A DNA stretch of 64,000 nt from an uncultured Methanosarcinaceae archaeon. GTDB taxonomy: Archaea > Halobacteriota > Methanosarcinia > Methanosarcinales > Methanosarcinaceae. Shown here one piece after another: positions 1 to 10,031 of this stretch. The stretch lies in assembly GCA_963733675.1 (NCBI GenBank), contig CAVTET010000004.1, positions 64,001-128,000 of the forward strand. Direction: 5' to 3'. The translations under genes were made by a program, and so were the position numbers. Every line of letters starts with the position of its first letter. The stretch's first letter is position 1. The notes under the pieces were generated by a model that ran no database searches, had not been told where the DNA came from, and worked only from the letters and a program-made list of their open reading frames with translations.

Positions 1-553
1 TTATAGTGGGATACCTGCGACTTGCTTTATCAGATGTCGCTTTTTTCATTTTTAGTCTCCGGATATTTATTTATATATTAATAATGGAAAATAACTACAA
101 AAACATAAATTGATACTACTTCATTTTACGAAGAAAACTTTCTATTCGAAAATTATATTTGTTTGATTAATAAAAATTGATATTATATTCCATTTGGTTT
201 TTAAATTTATATAATTTTTTGTATTATCATCAAAAAGCCATTCTGAATAAAAAATTAACCTAATTTCGATACAAGACCCAAAAAAAGATACTTTAAGGTA
301 GAACATAACTCTATAGAAATAACAATGCACAGTTTTTTTGTGTATAAACCTATGTATTTTCTTATTTTTCAGCCGAAATTTTCGGACATTTTTAACTGAT
401 TGTTCTGAGATAAATAAGTTTCAGTCAAACATATGTTATTGTGGGAAGCAAAAAGTGATTATGTTTATCTCACAAAGAATAAAAATAAATGAAAATTAAG
501 TAACTATTCAATCTACAAATCGGATTTGTTTAACCTATTTAGATAAATTACTT

Positions 554-2518
554 TTATTGTGCCAAGCTTCTGAGTTGCGAGTCAATTTCAATTGCTTTCT
601 CATGTGCTTTTATTGCTTCATTGGACTTACTTAATTTATTTAAAGCAAATCCTTTGCCATCCCATGACATTGAATCCTGCGGGTTAATTTCAATTGCTTT
701 GTCAAATGCTTTTATTGCTTCATCGTATTTGCTTGATAGACCTAAAACAGCTCCTTTACCGTACCAAGCTTTTGAATCCTGCGGGTTAATTTCAATTGCT
801 TTATCATACGCTTTTATCGCATCATCGTATTTGCCTAATTTCGCTAAAGATGCACCTTTTCCATCCCAAGCATCTGAATTCTGCGGGTTAATTTCGATTG
901 CTTTGTCAAATGCTTTTATTGCTTCATCGGATCTATTTAGTCCAATTAGAGCAAGTCCTTTATAGTCCAAAGCTATTGAATTCTGCGGGTCAATTTCAAT
1001 TGCTTTTTCATTTGCTTTCAGTGCTTCATCGGATTTATCTAATTTAGTTAGAGCAAGTCCTTTACAGTCCCAACCATTTGAATTATGTGGATTAATTTCA
1101 ATTGCTTTGTCAAATGCTATTATTGCTTCATCAAGCTTGTTTAAATTACCAAAAGCAGCTCCTTTATTGCTCCAAGCATCTGAATTATGCGGGTTGATTT
1201 CAATTACTTTATCATATGCTTTTATTGCTTCATCGAATTTGTTTAATCGAGCTAAAACAGCTCCTTTATTGCTCCAAGCATCTGAATCCTGCGGGTTAAT
1301 TTCAATCGCTTTATCATACGCTTTTATTGCTTCATCATATTTATTTGATTTATATAGAGCAATTCCTTTATTGTTCCAAGCATTTGAATATTGCGGATTA
1401 ATTTCAATTGCGTTGTCATATGCTTTTATTGCTTCATCGTATTTATTTGATTTATATAGAGCAACTCCTTTATTGTTCCAAGCCAATAAATTATGCGGGT
1501 TAATTTCAATTGCTTTGTCATATGCTTTTATTGCTTCATCGAATTTGTTTAAATTACCAAAAGCAGCTCCTTTATTGCTCCAAGCATATGAATTATGCGG
1601 GTTAATTTTAATTGCTTCTTCAAATGCTGCCATTGCTTCATCATATTTATTTGATTTATATAGAGCAACTCCTTTATTGGTCCAAATCATTGAATTGTAT
1701 GAGTCAATTTTAATTGCTTTGTCAAATGCTTTTATTGCTTCATCGAATTTATTTAATTTAAATAAAGCATTTCCTTTATCTTCCCAAGCCATTGAATTCT
1801 GCGGGTTAATTTCAATTGCTTTGTCATAGGCTTTTATGGCTTCATCGGATTTATTTAATTTATTTAGAGTATCCCCTTTCCCATCCCAAGCTAATGAATC
1901 CTGCGGGTTAATTTCAATTGCTTTGTCATATACTGTTATTGCTTCATCGGATTTATTTAATTTATTTAGAATCGTGCCTTTGAATGTCCAACCTAATGGA
2001 CCATGTGGGTCAATTTCAATTGCTTTGTCAAATGCTTTTATTGCTTCATCGTATTTGCCTAATTCCCCTAAAGCTATGCCTTTTCCATCCCAAGCATATG
2101 AATCCTGCGGGTTAATTTCAATTGCTTTGTCAAATGCTTTTATTGCTTCATCGTATTTGCCTAATCCCCCTAAAGCTATGCCTTTTCCATCCCAAGCATA
2201 TGAATCCTGCGGGTTAATTTCAATTGCTTTGTCAAATGCTCTTATTGCTTCATCGTATTTATTCAAGTTATCCAGAGCAAGTCCTTTGCCTGTCCAAGCG
2301 TCTGAATCCTGCGGGTTAATTTCAATTGCTTTGTCATAGGCTTTTATTGCTTCGCTGGATTTATTTAAATTATCTAGAGCAAGTCCTTTATTGAACCAAC
2401 CTACTGAATCCTGCAGGTTGTCTGATGTAGCAGCAGCACTTCCTAGCGTAAGAATAAAGATTATGACAGTTGTCAATGCAAATTGATTAAGGGTAATTTT
2501 TGTCATGCTTTTCTCCAT
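554..2518 (-). CDS. Secreted or membrane-anchored tetratricopeptide repeat protein
   Basis: Hydrophobic N-terminal signal, then about 18 34-aa TPR units (AWxxKGxALxxLxKxDEAIKAxDKAIEINP). Confidence 0.9.
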   Translation of the reverse strand: MEKSMTKITLNQFALTTVIIFILTLGSAAATSDNLQDSVGWFNKGLALDNLNKSSEAIKAYDKAIEINPQDSDAWTGKGLALDNLNKYDEAIRAFDKAIEINPQDSYAWDGKGIALGGLGKYDEAIKAFDKAIEINPQDSYAWDGKGIALGELGKYDEAIKAFDKAIEIDPHGPLGWTFKGTILNKLNKSDEAITVYDKAIEINPQDSLAWDGKGDTLNKLNKSDEAIKAYDKAIEINPQNSMAWEDKGNALFKLNKFDEAIKAFDKAIKIDSYNSMIWTNKGVALYKSNKYDEAMAAFEEAIKINPHNSYAWSNKGAAFGNLNKFDEAIKAYDKAIEINPHNLLAWNNKGVALYKSNKYDEAIKAYDNAIEINPQYSNAWNNKGIALYKSNKYDEAIKAYDKAIEINPQDSDAWSNKGAVLARLNKFDEAIKAYDKVIEINPHNSDAWSNKGAAFGNLNKLDEAIIAFDKAIEINPHNSNGWDCKGLALTKLDKSDEALKANEKAIEIDPQNSIALDYKGLALIGLNRSDEAIKAFDKAIEINPQNSDAWDGKGASLAKLGKYDDAIKAYDKAIEINPQDSKAWYGKGAVLGLSSKYDEAIKAFDKAIEINPQDSMSWDGKGFALNKLSKSNEAIKAHEKAIEIDSQLRSLAQ

Positions 2519-2648
2519 CTTTTCCCATTTTAATTTGTATTGATATCATTATTTGTTTTCAGTTCATTAATTGTCAAGAATCCATATTGTAAGTGGTAAG
2601 CGGATAATCTTCTGAAAAAGTTTCACTGAAGCATTTTTTTCATTTACT

Positions 2649-3402
2649 TTACACTTTGTGATTTTTTCCCCTGCTGAGGTAGTTGGAGTTCTTTTTTTGC
2701 TTATGTTTACTCAACGACGCTTTAGATTTAGAACGACTCAATTTAGCCTTGGAACCTTTGGCCGAAGAAACCTTAGCTTTCAGCTATGAGAGTCTGAATT
2801 TGATACTTCTGTTGTTCCAGAAGGTTCACTGCCATACCAATAAAGGTATACTTTTATACTACAGGTACAAAAGCACCGCCATAACAGCCACTGTTGGGTC
2901 CGCAATGATTAGGTCTAAAATTCCTGCCATGGGTTGGACGGCCATGAATAACATTGATCGAAACACTCGCTGATGCATTGCTGTAATTTTTAATATCCTT
3001 AGGTGTGAAATATGCCTGTAATATCTGCACACCTACGCTCAGTACAGTTCCTAGGGATGGGGTATATACAAAGGTTCCATGTACTGAAGCTCTAGATACT
3101 GGATCTGAAGCACTTGCATTCAGCTGAGTGCTGCTCAATGGTGTTCCATAGACTATGTTAGCGGGTTTACTCCAGGTAATTGTAGGGGCTGTTTTTCCTA
3201 TAAACTGGCCTACTGCTATAGGACTGTTCCCTACATTCACAGTGGATGCAACCGTTTTTGTGGCTGTGTCAATTACAGAGACATTGTTGCTGCCCAGGTT
3301 TGTAATATAAGCAAATTGCGCTGCACCTGCAATACTTATCAGCCCTAAAATAATAGCTACTGAAACTAAGGCTATATATTGCAACCTTTGTTTATTGATC
3401 AT
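2649..3402 (-). pseudogene. Secreted YVTN-repeat plus Ig/MBG-like surface protein, probably degraded, with an out-of-frame Lys/Ser-rich tail
   Basis: Signal peptide, AYITNLGSNNVSVIDTAT repeat and PTITWSKPANIVYGTPLS domain. The ORF stops at 2854; KAKVSSAKGSKAKLSRSK...NHKV* lies downstream in another frame, ending at 2649. Confidence 0.6.
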
Positions 3403-4225
3403 GCATGTTAACTCTTTGACCTATGTTATTAATAAGAATAATTCGAAGATCGTTCCATTTTATGAGGGAATTAAGTGAAAGTTAAGTATAATATATTTAT
3501 GACAGATAATTATAAAATATTTAAAACTATCATTGATTTAGTTACTATTATTCATTGTATATTGCTACTGGCACTACTTGTGGGGGTAATAAATATCCTT
3601 CTGAGTATCAAATCAGTTTTATTGGTACTCTTGGGGAGGTTTGGGTCAAATAGTACCCAGCATAATAACTATTTTTTAGTCTGATAAATCTTTTCAAGAT
3701 TTTTGCTCATTTTCACGAACATGAAGAAATAAAATTTACATATATAAGCTAGTAAAAGGTTGCTACTATACTGCTGTAAGGCATAAAGCAGCATGAGATT
3801 CACACTATCATCTATTCACCTAGTATCTCCTAGATAAGGTCTTGAAATTGTTACATTAGTTTTATTTAATTAAATATCTCCAATATAATACAGAAAACTA
3901 GATTGTGATTTTACAGAAATTATACTACACTGAACGCTGGATCCAGATTAATTAAATAAAAAATGAATGATTTTAGGGCGTTTTATGGCATTTTCTTGAG
4001 TTGGATAAGATAATCACGAAGTGGGAATCTAAAAGAATTATCGGGGCTGAGATTAAGTCATTTATTGACTAATGGGAAAAGACGTACATCTTTTGTAATT
4101 CATGAAGTCAGAACCAAATAAGTTTCATAACATTTAGTTTGAGTTAGGAATATTTAGACTATGTATAAGATATATATAATAAATTAAGTCTAATTATTAT
4201 TTAAAGGTATTCTGGTGCCTAATAG

Positions 4226-5078
4226 GGTTCCATTGCAAAAAATTCAAAAAAATATGTAAATCTATAGGTAATGAATAAAAATCAGAATATTCAAAGAAAA
4301 TGCACTAACATTATAAAACTATACCAAACAATTGATTAATGTATTTGACTTCATTAAGAACAGAGTAATTTAAATCATTTACTTATCTTTTTTGATCATA
4401 TTCATAGCTTCAATTCCTTTTAAAGTCTTATTAGCAGATTGAAAAGACTGAAATCCTAACATTGGATTAACGATTCGCTTTATAGATCTGTGATCTTGTT
4501 CTATAATGTTATTCAAATACTTGATTTGTCGAATGCCTACGTTTTTAGGTAGTATTTTATCATTTTTCAGTTTACCTATAGCAGGTGGATAAGCTGGATT
4601 CTTATCAACTGTTATTACTCTTGGAATTTGATTATGATTAGAACTCAAAGCTTTCTTAAAAAATCTCTTCGCTGCATTTAGATTTCGTTTTGCACTTAAC
4701 ATGAAATCAATTGTATCTCCATTTGAGTCAACTGCTCGGTAAAGATATTTCCATTTACCTTTAATTTTGATATAGGTTTCATCAACTTTCCACGAATAGT
4801 TTGTTAGTCTTAAATGTCTTCTTATCTTTTTTTCTAGTTCAGGAGAATATTGATGTACCCATCTCATTATAGTACTGGGATCAACTTGAATTTCTCTTTC
4901 TATCATCATTTCCTTTAAATTTCTACAGCTCAATGGATATTTTAAGTACCATCTTACATTCAATAGGATAATTTCTCCTTCATAATGCTTCCATTTAAAG
5001 GAATTAGATAGCATATTACTATCTTTGGTTTTCTTTTTATTCTATTGTATCATTAGAAAGGATTTTTGCAACGGAACC
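4226..5078 (-). mobile_element. IS6-family insertion sequence, copy 1
   Basis: TIRs GGTTCCATTGCAAAAA (4226) and TTTTTGCAACGGAACC (5063-5078) flank a DDE transposase. Confidence 0.92.
4379..5014 (-). CDS. IS6-family transposase, frameshifted near the C-terminus
   Basis: WKVDETYIKIKGKWKYLYRAVD, TVDKNPAYP and NNIIEQDHR motifs. The expected tail NYSVLNEVKYINQLFGIVL is out of frame. Confidence 0.9.
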   Translation of the reverse strand: MLSNSFKWKHYEGEIILLNVRWYLKYPLSCRNLKEMMIEREIQVDPSTIMRWVHQYSPELEKKIRRHLRLTNYSWKVDETYIKIKGKWKYLYRAVDSNGDTIDFMLSAKRNLNAAKRFFKKALSSNHNQIPRVITVDKNPAYPPAIGKLKNDKILPKNVGIRQIKYLNNIIEQDHRSIKRIVNPMLGFQSFQSANKTLKGIEAMNMIKKDK

Positions 5079-5178
5079 GTTTATTGTACTTAATTTTACA
5101 TCTCAAGTGTGTAGGTCCAAATAAGTATATTTCAACGACATGAAATTCCACTGCAAAAATGAAAATCTCATAATTTAT

Positions 5179-5237
5179 GGTTGTGGTGCAAAAATAATAT
5201 TTCTGCAGTTTGATACTATAATTTTTGCAACGGAACC
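5179..5237. mobile_element. 59-bp IS6-type miniature element
   Basis: GGTTGTGGTGCAAAAA ... TTTTTGCAACGGAACC. The internal sequence recurs at 22248-22293. Confidence 0.6.
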
Positions 5238-5647
5238 CTAAAACTTACCATTAATTTCACTGGCAATTGACCAAAATCAATCAAAAACCAAAAAATGATA
5301 AAAAGTTTCAAGATTTGAGATTCAAAAAATAGAACAGTCATTAAATAATTTGAAGCAAAGTTGAGCATTAAAAGAAATGCTTTTAATCAATTTCTAAAAA
5401 AGCCAAAGTATTTCTTAGTATAAAATTGTCGAAACCCAACAGTTGACTGCAAATCAGTCAACTACATAAGTTCTAAGATCAAAAGATAGTTCTCGGATTC
5501 AAGATGTATAAGAACCGATCCAATCTCGTACTTATTGAATTACAGGGCTATATAGATATCTACAGCATTATATACCATAGGGATTTTAAATAATATCAAT
5601 TATTATAGAAGTAATTCACTACTCCTCTGACTGCAGGTGAGATTAAA

Positions 5648-6139
5648 ATGGCTATATTTGACACGATAAAGGACAGAAGAAGCATAAGGATTTATAAAGA
5701 CGAGTGCATACCGAAGGACAAGCTCGAGAAACTACTGGAGGCTGCAAGATTCGCGCCATCTGCTGGGAACCGGCAGAACTGGAAGTTCATTGTTGTCGAG
5801 AATGAGCAAATAAAAAACCAGCTTGTTACTGCTTCCAATAACCAAGCCTTCGTAGGTACCGCCTCTCATGTCATCGCAGGTATAGGTGACTCCGCTCAAA
5901 AGTGGCACCAGGTAGACCTTGCCATTGCCCTAGAACACATTGCTCTGGAAGCTGTCGAGCTAGGACTGGGCACCTGTTGGATTGGCGCTTTCAACGAAGA
6001 AGAAGTCAAAAAAATACTCAAGATACCGCAGGACAAAAAAGTCGTCGCTTTACTGACTGTGGGATTCCCTGCCGAGTCTCCCGTTTCCAAGCCAAGGAAA
6101 GCTCTTGAAGAAATCGTAGCTTACAACGAATATACATAA
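5648..6139 (+). CDS. Nitroreductase family protein
   Basis: RRSIRxY, APSAGNRQNW and LGLGTCWIGAF motifs; SD GGTGAG upstream. Confidence 0.92.
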   Translation: MAIFDTIKDRRSIRIYKDECIPKDKLEKLLEAARFAPSAGNRQNWKFIVVENEQIKNQLVTASNNQAFVGTASHVIAGIGDSAQKWHQVDLAIALEHIALEAVELGLGTCWIGAFNEEEVKKILKIPQDKKVVALLTVGFPAESPVSKPRKALEEIVAYNEYT

Positions 6140-6163
6140 AGACCGATATCTTATTTTACTCTC

Positions 6164-6284
6164 TTAGAACTTACGCATTTCTGATGCAAAACCAAGTACA
6201 TTAAACAGAATATTTAAAATTTGAATTGTAGAAAGGTATTCTCTTAATGTAGTTGATTCTGTACTTCTAGTGCTTAAGTCCTAA
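6164..6284. mobile_element. About 120-bp MITE (TTAGGACTTACGCA-type ends)
   Basis: TTAGAACTTACGCA...GTGCTTAAGTCCTAA; related copies at 17085-17203 and 46935-47051. Confidence 0.65.
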
Positions 6285-6309
6285 ACTTAAATTATTTACT
6301 AAATACAAT

Positions 6310-6372
6310 AGTGAACTACCAATCAGCTGAAGACTAAGTGGCTTGTTGGTTCATTCCTTTCTCTTTTGAAAA
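6310..6372 (-). mobile_element. Orphan IS200/IS605 (tnpB) right-end remnant
   Basis: Minus strand reads AAAGGAATGAACCAACAAGCCACTTAGTCTTCAGCTGATTGGTAGTTCAC, resembling a tnpB 3'-end hairpin; homologous to 38700-38731 plus 39604-39628. Confidence 0.6.
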
Positions 6373-7013
6373 TTCGAAAATTAAAATCGTGCATAAATCC
6401 TAAAAGATCAGCGTCGCCATACTACCAACACGTTGAATTTACATTCATCGATATAACATGTTCCAATGCAGAAGAGAAAGATCCAGAGACGATTAAGCAT
6501 TCGCTAGTTATTTTGAACATCTGATCTATCTTGACAAACTTCAAGATATCTATCATCTATCGATTCTCTTAATTTTTGTTTAATATATTTATAGTAATTA
6601 CATTATTTTAAATTTAAGTATGTTTGATTATGGAACAGTAAGTATTTTTTTCATAATTTCTAAAATCGATCAAGGCATCCAAAATAGCTATATTCATTCA
6701 TAAAGATATTTGTTGTTCCTTATTATTCAGTCTTGGAGGGCCTTAAAAGTCTTGCAGACGCAGAGATCCAGCAAATAAATATGTTTTCACACTTTCGATA
6801 AACATCTGCTTTTCACGAATCTTTTGTGTATCATTCATAATCATATGGCGAAATTAAGGGGTTTCTCGAAATCCTCTTACACATGTTGCTATTTCCCGGG
6901 AAATCAAGGCCTGAAATTTTTTTAGTAATTTAGTGAGAGGATAGTAACACTTTAAAGTTAAAAAATAACAACTGATTTTGTAGTTGTTGAGAAACAAGCT
7001 CAAACTCGAAAGA

Positions 7014-7730
7014 TCACTCTTTTTCCAGCTCTCGGACTTGCTCTTCCAGACTATTGAGCGCCTCATGTTTTCTGGCAATATCTTCTTTCAGCTTCTGTAA
7101 TTTCTCTTCCTTTTCCAGAACTTTCTCTGTTTTTTTAACTTTCAATATGCCTTTAGTAAATATGTCAATAAAATTTTCAACTTCCTTGTAGTTATAGCTC
7201 AAAGCGTAGTCAACAAATATTCCTCTTAAGAAAGCTGAGCAGCTGAAATAACTGACAAAAGTTAATGCTGCTGATTGAGCATTGATATTACGTATTTTTC
7301 CATTTTTCATTTGTAGCTCAAAATATTCGCTCAGCCGCTCTATATTTGTTTTAAAAACATATTCTAGAATTTCAGCGAGTTCGGGTCTTCGTCGTCCTTC
7401 TTCGAACAGCATGAACATAAACATATAAGATATACTATCCTTTTTTTCATCCTGCATATCTTTTGCAATTTCTTTGCCTAGGATACAAAGATCTCTTTCA
7501 ATGTCTGCATTTTTATTTACGTTTAATAACTGATTCAGTGTTGAAATAGCATTCCGATGTTTGATAAGGACCTCTTTCAACAGGTTCTCTTTTGATTGGA
7601 ATTTTCGGAACAGCGTCACTTCGGTAACATTTGCTTCCTGTGCAATTTTGCGGGTAGTTGCGCCAGCGTATCCATCGCTGGAGAATACCTTTACAGCTGC
7701 ATCCAATATTTTTTGTTCCGTATTTTTCAT
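7014..7730 (-). CDS. TetR/AcrR family transcriptional regulator with a C-terminal coiled-coil extension
   Basis: ILDAAVKVFSSDGYAGATTRKIAQEANVTEVTLFRKF HTH; charged heptad-like tail. Confidence 0.9.
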   Translation of the reverse strand: MKNTEQKILDAAVKVFSSDGYAGATTRKIAQEANVTEVTLFRKFQSKENLLKEVLIKHRNAISTLNQLLNVNKNADIERDLCILGKEIAKDMQDEKKDSISYMFMFMLFEEGRRRPELAEILEYVFKTNIERLSEYFELQMKNGKIRNINAQSAALTFVSYFSCSAFLRGIFVDYALSYNYKEVENFIDIFTKGILKVKKTEKVLEKEEKLQKLKEDIARKHEALNSLEEQVRELEKE

Positions 7731-7734
7731 AATA

Positions 7735-7750
7735 TTAAGTCGTTACTCAC
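7735..7750 (-). promoter_or_regulatory. Candidate TetR operator 1 (GTGAGT-AACG-ACTTAA), between a TATA-like box and the tetR ATG
   Basis: Imperfect palindrome; similar copies at 8110-8125 and 8430-8445. Confidence 0.5.
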
Positions 7751-8095
7751 ATATATTTAAGGTTTTTGCGCAACTTGGCTTTGAGTATAAATAAATGCAT
7801 GTGTAAAACGAGCATTTAAACAATTTAGTTATTTGTCATGTTAATAAGCTTGAATCCATTTACACCATACATCTTACAGATATACACAGATGTAGAATTT
7901 GTTTGCCTAGATACTACTATTATATTGTGAATTATAGGTATAAAGGCAAATTAAATCTCTCTGAAACATATATTTTATTTTTTGGTTGCTGGAAAAAACG
8001 CAGCTATGTTATATCTAATTGCTAAATAAAACTAAAAAGATTCGATCTGGTTTTGAAATTATCGCTTACGAGTTAGTGAAGTCCAAAAAAGGCTC

Positions 8096-8700
8096 AAAAA
8101 CTATATATATTATGTAACAACTAACTTTCATTTAAGTAGCTCTAAATATGAACGAGGTAATCATTCGGCCTATATATACAGTTGCATAGCATCTATGTCG
8201 ATGTAATTCATATTTCTGATTACCGACTTCTAACAAATAAAAAACTTGGTGATAGTTAATAATTGAATAAAGTAAGCCCACTAAAATTTTCTCCTTAAAT
8301 CTTAATAAAGATGGCTAAATATATTGTTTTCTCTAAGCTGGATCGTTACTAAAAAAAGTAAGTATTTCATACATAAAAAGTGAAGTACTACATCAACTCA
8401 AAAATTATATATACACCTAATAACATATAGTATGTAACCACTAACTTATAATTATAGTGGATCTGGAATAAAAGAAATAACTATTCAGCCTACACAAAAT
8501 CAGTTGAATAATAACGATTTAGATACAATAAATGCTTATGATTTCCAACTGATTAAAAAATAAAAAACTTATTGATAGCCGATTATTACATAATATAAAC
8601 CCACTGAAATTTTGCTCCGTGAATCTTCGTGCATCAGTGGATTTTTGTAAAGATGGTTATTAATATTGTTTTTCCCAGGGTGAATTGGTACTAAAAAAAT
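8096..8700 (+). repeat. Diverged tandem duplication (period about 320 bp) of a promoter/leader module, each copy with a TATA-like run and a candidate operator
   Basis: Colinear shared blocks TATGTAACMACTAACTT, ATAAAAAACTT, CCCACTRAAATTTT, TAAAGATGG, ATATTGTTTT and TACTAAAAAAA in both halves. Confidence 0.65.
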
Positions 8701-8748
8701 TCAATGTATTAATTTAAATAATAAAAACTGATCAATAAAAGGAGATTT

Positions 8749-8979
8749 TTGAACATGAATCATTTCACAGACTTCGGTCCAGCAATGCAAACTGCAATGA
8801 CTGAGACATGGGGACTTCTGACTGAAGAACAGAAAAAGAAAGTTACACACATGAGGATGGATACAGCAATAAAAGGTATCGAACTGAAAATAAGTGATAT
8901 GGAGCAGAGGATTTTGATAGCGAAAGGGCTTATTGAAAATATTCAAAAATTTAAGGAAATGATCAAACTAGGTAAATAA
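8749..8979 (+). CDS. Small helical/coiled-coil protein, paralogue 1
   Basis: SD AAGGAG upstream; FGPAMQTAMTETWGLLTEEQKKK...AIKGIELKI aligns with the next ORF. Confidence 0.75.
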   Translation: MNMNHFTDFGPAMQTAMTETWGLLTEEQKKKVTHMRMDTAIKGIELKISDMEQRILIAKGLIENIQKFKEMIKLGK

Positions 8980-9070
8980 GTTCGACAGATGAACACTATC
9001 TAAATTTGTTGTTATCCGGATTTGTTATTAGGATATAATAAATAAAATAGATGGAAGGAGACATTTAAAC

Positions 9071-9295
9071 ATGAATGATGATATTTGTTTTGCAAACCTA
9101 GGGCCAGTTGTGCAGACTGCACTGGCTGAGACATTGGAACTTATGACTGAAGAACAGAAAAGGAAATTTACAGAAAGAAAGCTGGATAGGGCAATAGAAT
9201 TTATCGAACTAAAAATAATTGACATGGAAAAGAGGGTATCGATAGCGAAAGAGTCTATAGCAGATATTCGAAAAGATAAAGAACTGATAAGATAA
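9071..9295 (+). CDS. Small helical/coiled-coil protein, paralogue 2
   Basis: SD GAAGGAG upstream; LGPVVQTALAETLELMTEEQKRK...AIEFIELKI. Confidence 0.75.
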   Translation: MNDDICFANLGPVVQTALAETLELMTEEQKRKFTERKLDRAIEFIELKIIDMEKRVSIAKESIADIRKDKELIR

Positions 9296-9402
9296 TGAAC
9301 TGATTAAACTAGACAAGTATCCACATCGATAACTTACAAAATATACTTCTTTAAATATCACAATGGATATCACCATAGATATCCCAAAGAACTTAGCAAC
9401 AA

Positions 9403-9494
9403 AGAGGATTTCGAGAAACTCCAATTTTTGGCTGGTTGTTTATAAAGCTTATATATGTAATTTGTTGAACTCGGGTGTTTATCGAAATTCTCTA
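9403..9494. mobile_element. About 92-bp MITE with AGAGGATTTCGAKAAAC-type TIRs
   Basis: Inverted ends; full-length homologue at 19255-19349. Confidence 0.7.
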
Positions 9495-9541
9495 TATTTT
9501 AATGTGTTATTAATTTGAACAATATAAACAAAGTGAAATAA

Positions 9542-9863
9542 ATGTTGAAACAAACATCTAGTAGAATGAAAAAAGTACTTGCTATTTCGTTAGCAGCCCT
9601 TTTCGTAGCATCTTTGACAGCAGTGTCAGTTAGTGCACATCGCTGGGGTGGCCACGGTGGCGGCTGGGGTTGGGGAGGCGGGGAGCTGGCCTGTTAATGG
9701 CTATGGGCTCTTGGCCTTGGAGGAGGCTATCCCTACTACGGATACGGTGTTGGCATTGGTTACCCGTATGATCTTGGATACAGTCTTGGATATCCATACT
9801 GGGGGTGGCTACGGCGGCTGGGGTAGACATGGCAGACACGGCGGAATAGGGGATAATCAGTAA
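9542..9863 (+). pseudogene. Secreted Gly/Tyr/Trp-rich low-complexity protein, disrupted
   Basis: MLKQTSSRMKKVLAISLAALFVASLTAVSVSA-HRWGGHGGGWGWGG, TAA near 9697, then GLGGGYPYYGYGVGIGYPYDLGYSLGYPYW, then a shift in a G-run to GGYGGWGRHGRHGG. Confidence 0.7.
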
Positions 9864-9978
9864 CGTCGGTGTCAACCCTCCAATAGATTATTCGGAAACT
9901 ACGAATCAAATTGCTGAGCTGCGGTAACAACAAGACCCGAAGTCTTTAGTTGGGGTATTTGACTTATATAATCTACAA

Positions 9979-10015
<37 letters not shown>

Positions 10016-10031
10016 TGTCGAAGTGTTTTTT

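Noticed and set aside
621-2339. Long plus-strand ORFs over the TPR gene
   Set aside because: Antisense shadows of the repeat codon pattern.
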